In this document: one piece after another, positions 5,865 through 6,855 of the stretch | Layout of the letters: each line of letters opens with the position of its first letter | How positions within the stretch are numbered: position 1 is the first letter of the stretch | IMG/VR virus record: IMGVR_UViG_2703718868_000001 | Strand: one strand, 5' to 3' | DNA: 6,855 nt | DNA from: a virus | Lineage: Duplodnaviria > Heunggongvirae > Uroviricota > Caudoviricetes | The notes under the pieces: generated by a model | Database searches by the model: none | What the model was told of the DNA's origin: nothing | Seen by the model: the letters and a program-made list of their open reading frames with translations, nothing else | Position numbers and translations under genes: made by a program

Positions 5865-6395
5865 ATGATATATCCGGAAATTACAGGCAAAAGCGGCGAA
5901 CATTTACGCCTGAACACGCTGGAAGCAGTCTGGATCCAGGGGAAATTACGGATGTGGGGGCGGTGGTCGTATATCGGTGGGGGTAAATCCGGAAATATGT
6001 TTAACCGGTTACTGGTTTCGAAAAAGCTGACGAAAACAGCAGTTAATGAGGTTTTACGCAGAATGAAGAAATCCGGGCTGGATAAACCGGAACTTGAGGC
6101 ATTTTTTCGGGATATGACCAGAGGGAAGCAGAAGAGCTGGTTGTCACATTGTACAGACACAGAGGCGTTGATTATTGATCGCGTTATCAGTGAGGTGCTT
6201 GGGGAATATCCCGGGCTAATCAATATTCTCCGGCAAAGGTACGAAGGACGGGGAATGAGTAAGAGAAAAATGGCAGAATGTTTAAATCGTACTCACCCGG
6301 AATGGTGTTTCAGCACATGTGAGAAACGTATTGCAGGTTGGTTAGCCGTGGCTGAACACATGCTTTATGTACCTATGCACGATTCATTTCGATAA
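5865..6395 (+). CDS. late-gene antiterminator Q, QuuD (DLP12)-type, with an N-terminal extension
   Basis: Immediately downstream of rusA (the canonical nin-region position) and upstream of a strong intrinsic terminator. Several segments align by eye with my recollection of QuuD: LRMWGRWSY vs LERWGAWAA; CTDTEALII vs CDDDAMII; RIAGWLAVAEHML vs KAEGIIEGMLMAL. Start at ATG 5865; GTG 5853 overlapping the rusA stop is an alternative. Stop TAA 6393-6395. Confidence 0.65.
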   Translation: MIYPEITGKSGEHLRLNTLEAVWIQGKLRMWGRWSYIGGGKSGNMFNRLLVSKKLTKTAVNEVLRRMKKSGLDKPELEAFFRDMTRGKQKSWLSHCTDTEALIIDRVISEVLGEYPGLINILRQRYEGRGMSKRKMAECLNRTHPEWCFSTCEKRIAGWLAVAEHMLYVPMHDSFR

Positions 6396-6420
6396 AAAAA
6401 GCTTGCTTTTTTACGCAGAA

Positions 6421-6454
6421 ACAGCTTGAATTCCTGTAAGCTTCGCAAAGCTGT
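6421..6454 (+). promoter_or_regulatory. 7-bp inverted repeat (ACAGCTT ... AAGCTGT) with 20-nt spacer in the post-Q leader; candidate late-promoter / Q-utilisation element or RNA stem
   Basis: ACAGCTT at 6421-6427 is the exact reverse complement of AAGCTGT at 6448-6454; the spacer itself contains palindromes GAATTC and AAGCTT. It lies between the Q stop and the 6491-6514 terminator, where lambdoid phages carry pR' and qut. No convincing -35/-10 pair was found by eye. Confidence 0.3.
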
Positions 6455-6490
6455 ATCGCGAGGCGAAATGCAAGTTTTTTCGCACAAGGA

Positions 6491-6514
6491 AGCCACCGGA
6501 AGGTGGTTTTTTTT
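6491..6514 (+). terminator. rho-independent terminator (tR'-like)
   Basis: Stem CCACC (6493-6497) / GGTGG (6502-6506) with GGAA loop, extendable by G-U pairs, followed by T8 (6507-6514). Confidence 0.7.
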
Positions 6515-6637
6515 GTGTCCGTAATATACAGCAGCGCAATAAATTCGCTGGTGGTTATTAATACCGTTCTTTCAGCTTGCTGGCTTTTTCGACAAGAGTT
6601 ATTGGTGTGTCACGTTAACCGGAAAAAGGAAAAAGAC

Positions 6638-6835
6638 ATGCTGAAACAGCAGGATATGACCGAAACCGCCAGGGCAGTGTTTAATGAATTAAGCGTCACC
6701 GAACCGGCGACAGTCGGGGAGATTGCACAGAATACGTACCTTTCACGCGAACGCTGCCAGCTAATACTGACCCAGCTTGTTATGGCGGGTCTGGCAGACT
6801 ATCAGTTCGGTTGTTACAGACGCCTTCTGTCCTGA
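6638..6835 (+). CDS. small (65 aa) putative winged-helix DNA-binding protein (FaeA/PapI-like pattern), hypothetical
   Basis: ATG at 6638 with AAGGA at 6626-6630 (7-nt spacer); ORF-track frame 6503-6835 contains it. Product MLKQQDMTETARAVFNELSVTEPATVGEIAQNTYLSRERCQLILTQLVMAGLADYQFG has an xxEIAxxxxxxxxxxxxxLxxLxxAG pattern like small wHTH regulators. Stop TGA 6833-6835. Confidence 0.5.
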   Translation: MLKQQDMTETARAVFNELSVTEPATVGEIAQNTYLSRERCQLILTQLVMAGLADYQFGCYRRLLS

Positions 6836-6846
6836 AGGCTTTTTTA
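6822..6846 (+). terminator. rho-independent terminator after the small wHTH gene
   Basis: Stem GCCTTC (6822-6827) / GAAGGC (6834-6839) with 6-nt loop containing the stop codon, followed by TTTTTT (6840-6845). Confidence 0.65.
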
Positions 6847-6855
6847 TTTGTGGTA

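Noticed and set aside
11-6223. Minus-strand ORFs overlapping plus-strand genes (11-253, 336-542, 518-727, 1395-1628, 1402-1941, 1698-2012, 2042-2431, 2088-2348, 2614-2850, 3099-3344, 3326-3598, 4042-4233, 4089-4352, 4371-4640, 4376-4630, 5002-5340, 5592-5786, 5783-6223)
   Set aside because: All lie antisense within well-supported plus-strand genes that have RBSs and coupled starts; none has a convincing Shine-Dalgarno and their products are low-complexity or Ser/Cys/Arg-rich, typical of shadow ORFs.
6400-6456. Cluster of restriction-site palindromes (AAGCTT, GAATTC, AAGCTT), raising the possibility of a cloning-vector scar
   Set aside because: The flanking sequence is continuous phage-like DNA with no vector backbone features; short palindromes occur naturally in regulatory leaders.
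6503-6637. In-frame hydrophobic N-terminal extension (VFFVSVIYSSAINSLVVINTVLSACWLF) of the small wHTH gene
   Set aside because: The upstream GTG lies inside the terminator hairpin and T-run and has no RBS, whereas ATG 6638 has an AAGGA SD. It remains possible that a membrane-anchored longer form exists, so this is worth a quick check.
1-6855. CRISPR arrays, tRNA/rRNA genes, IS elements or transposases
   Set aside because: No regularly spaced direct repeats, no tRNA-like T-loop (GGTTCGAATCC-type) motifs, and no terminal inverted repeats or transposase-like ORFs were seen.

Overview
This window reads as a mosaic lambdoid-prophage segment from an enterobacterial (E. coli-like) genome, with no CRISPR, tRNA, rRNA or transposase signal. 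All calls come from reading the sequence and the supplied ORF track; family names are recalled from memory and no database search was run. Positions 14-3470 hold a tightly packed, translationally coupled plus-strand operon of accessory genes: a tandem winged-helix protein, a small HTH protein, a DUF4406-like protein, two Ead/Ea22-like paralogs, hypothetical ORFs, a DUF551-like protein and a 27-aa hydrophobic micro-ORF. Positions 3471-4154 form a junction with a bidirectional intrinsic terminator, an ORF-free spacer, and a single opposite-strand gene for a 93-aa coiled-coil, membrane-anchored protein with its own RBS and terminator. Positions 4155-6395 are a nin/late-regulatory module: a small basic protein, a 349-aa DUF968/HNH-like protein (YdfU-like), RusA, and a QuuD-type Q antiterminator. 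Positions 6396-6855 carry a terminator-bounded small winged-helix gene in the post-Q leader. The strongest candidates for something undescribed are the opposite-strand membrane-protein moron in the slot upstream of the rem/ydfU-like pair, the post-Q cargo gene, and the DUF4406-like enzyme.
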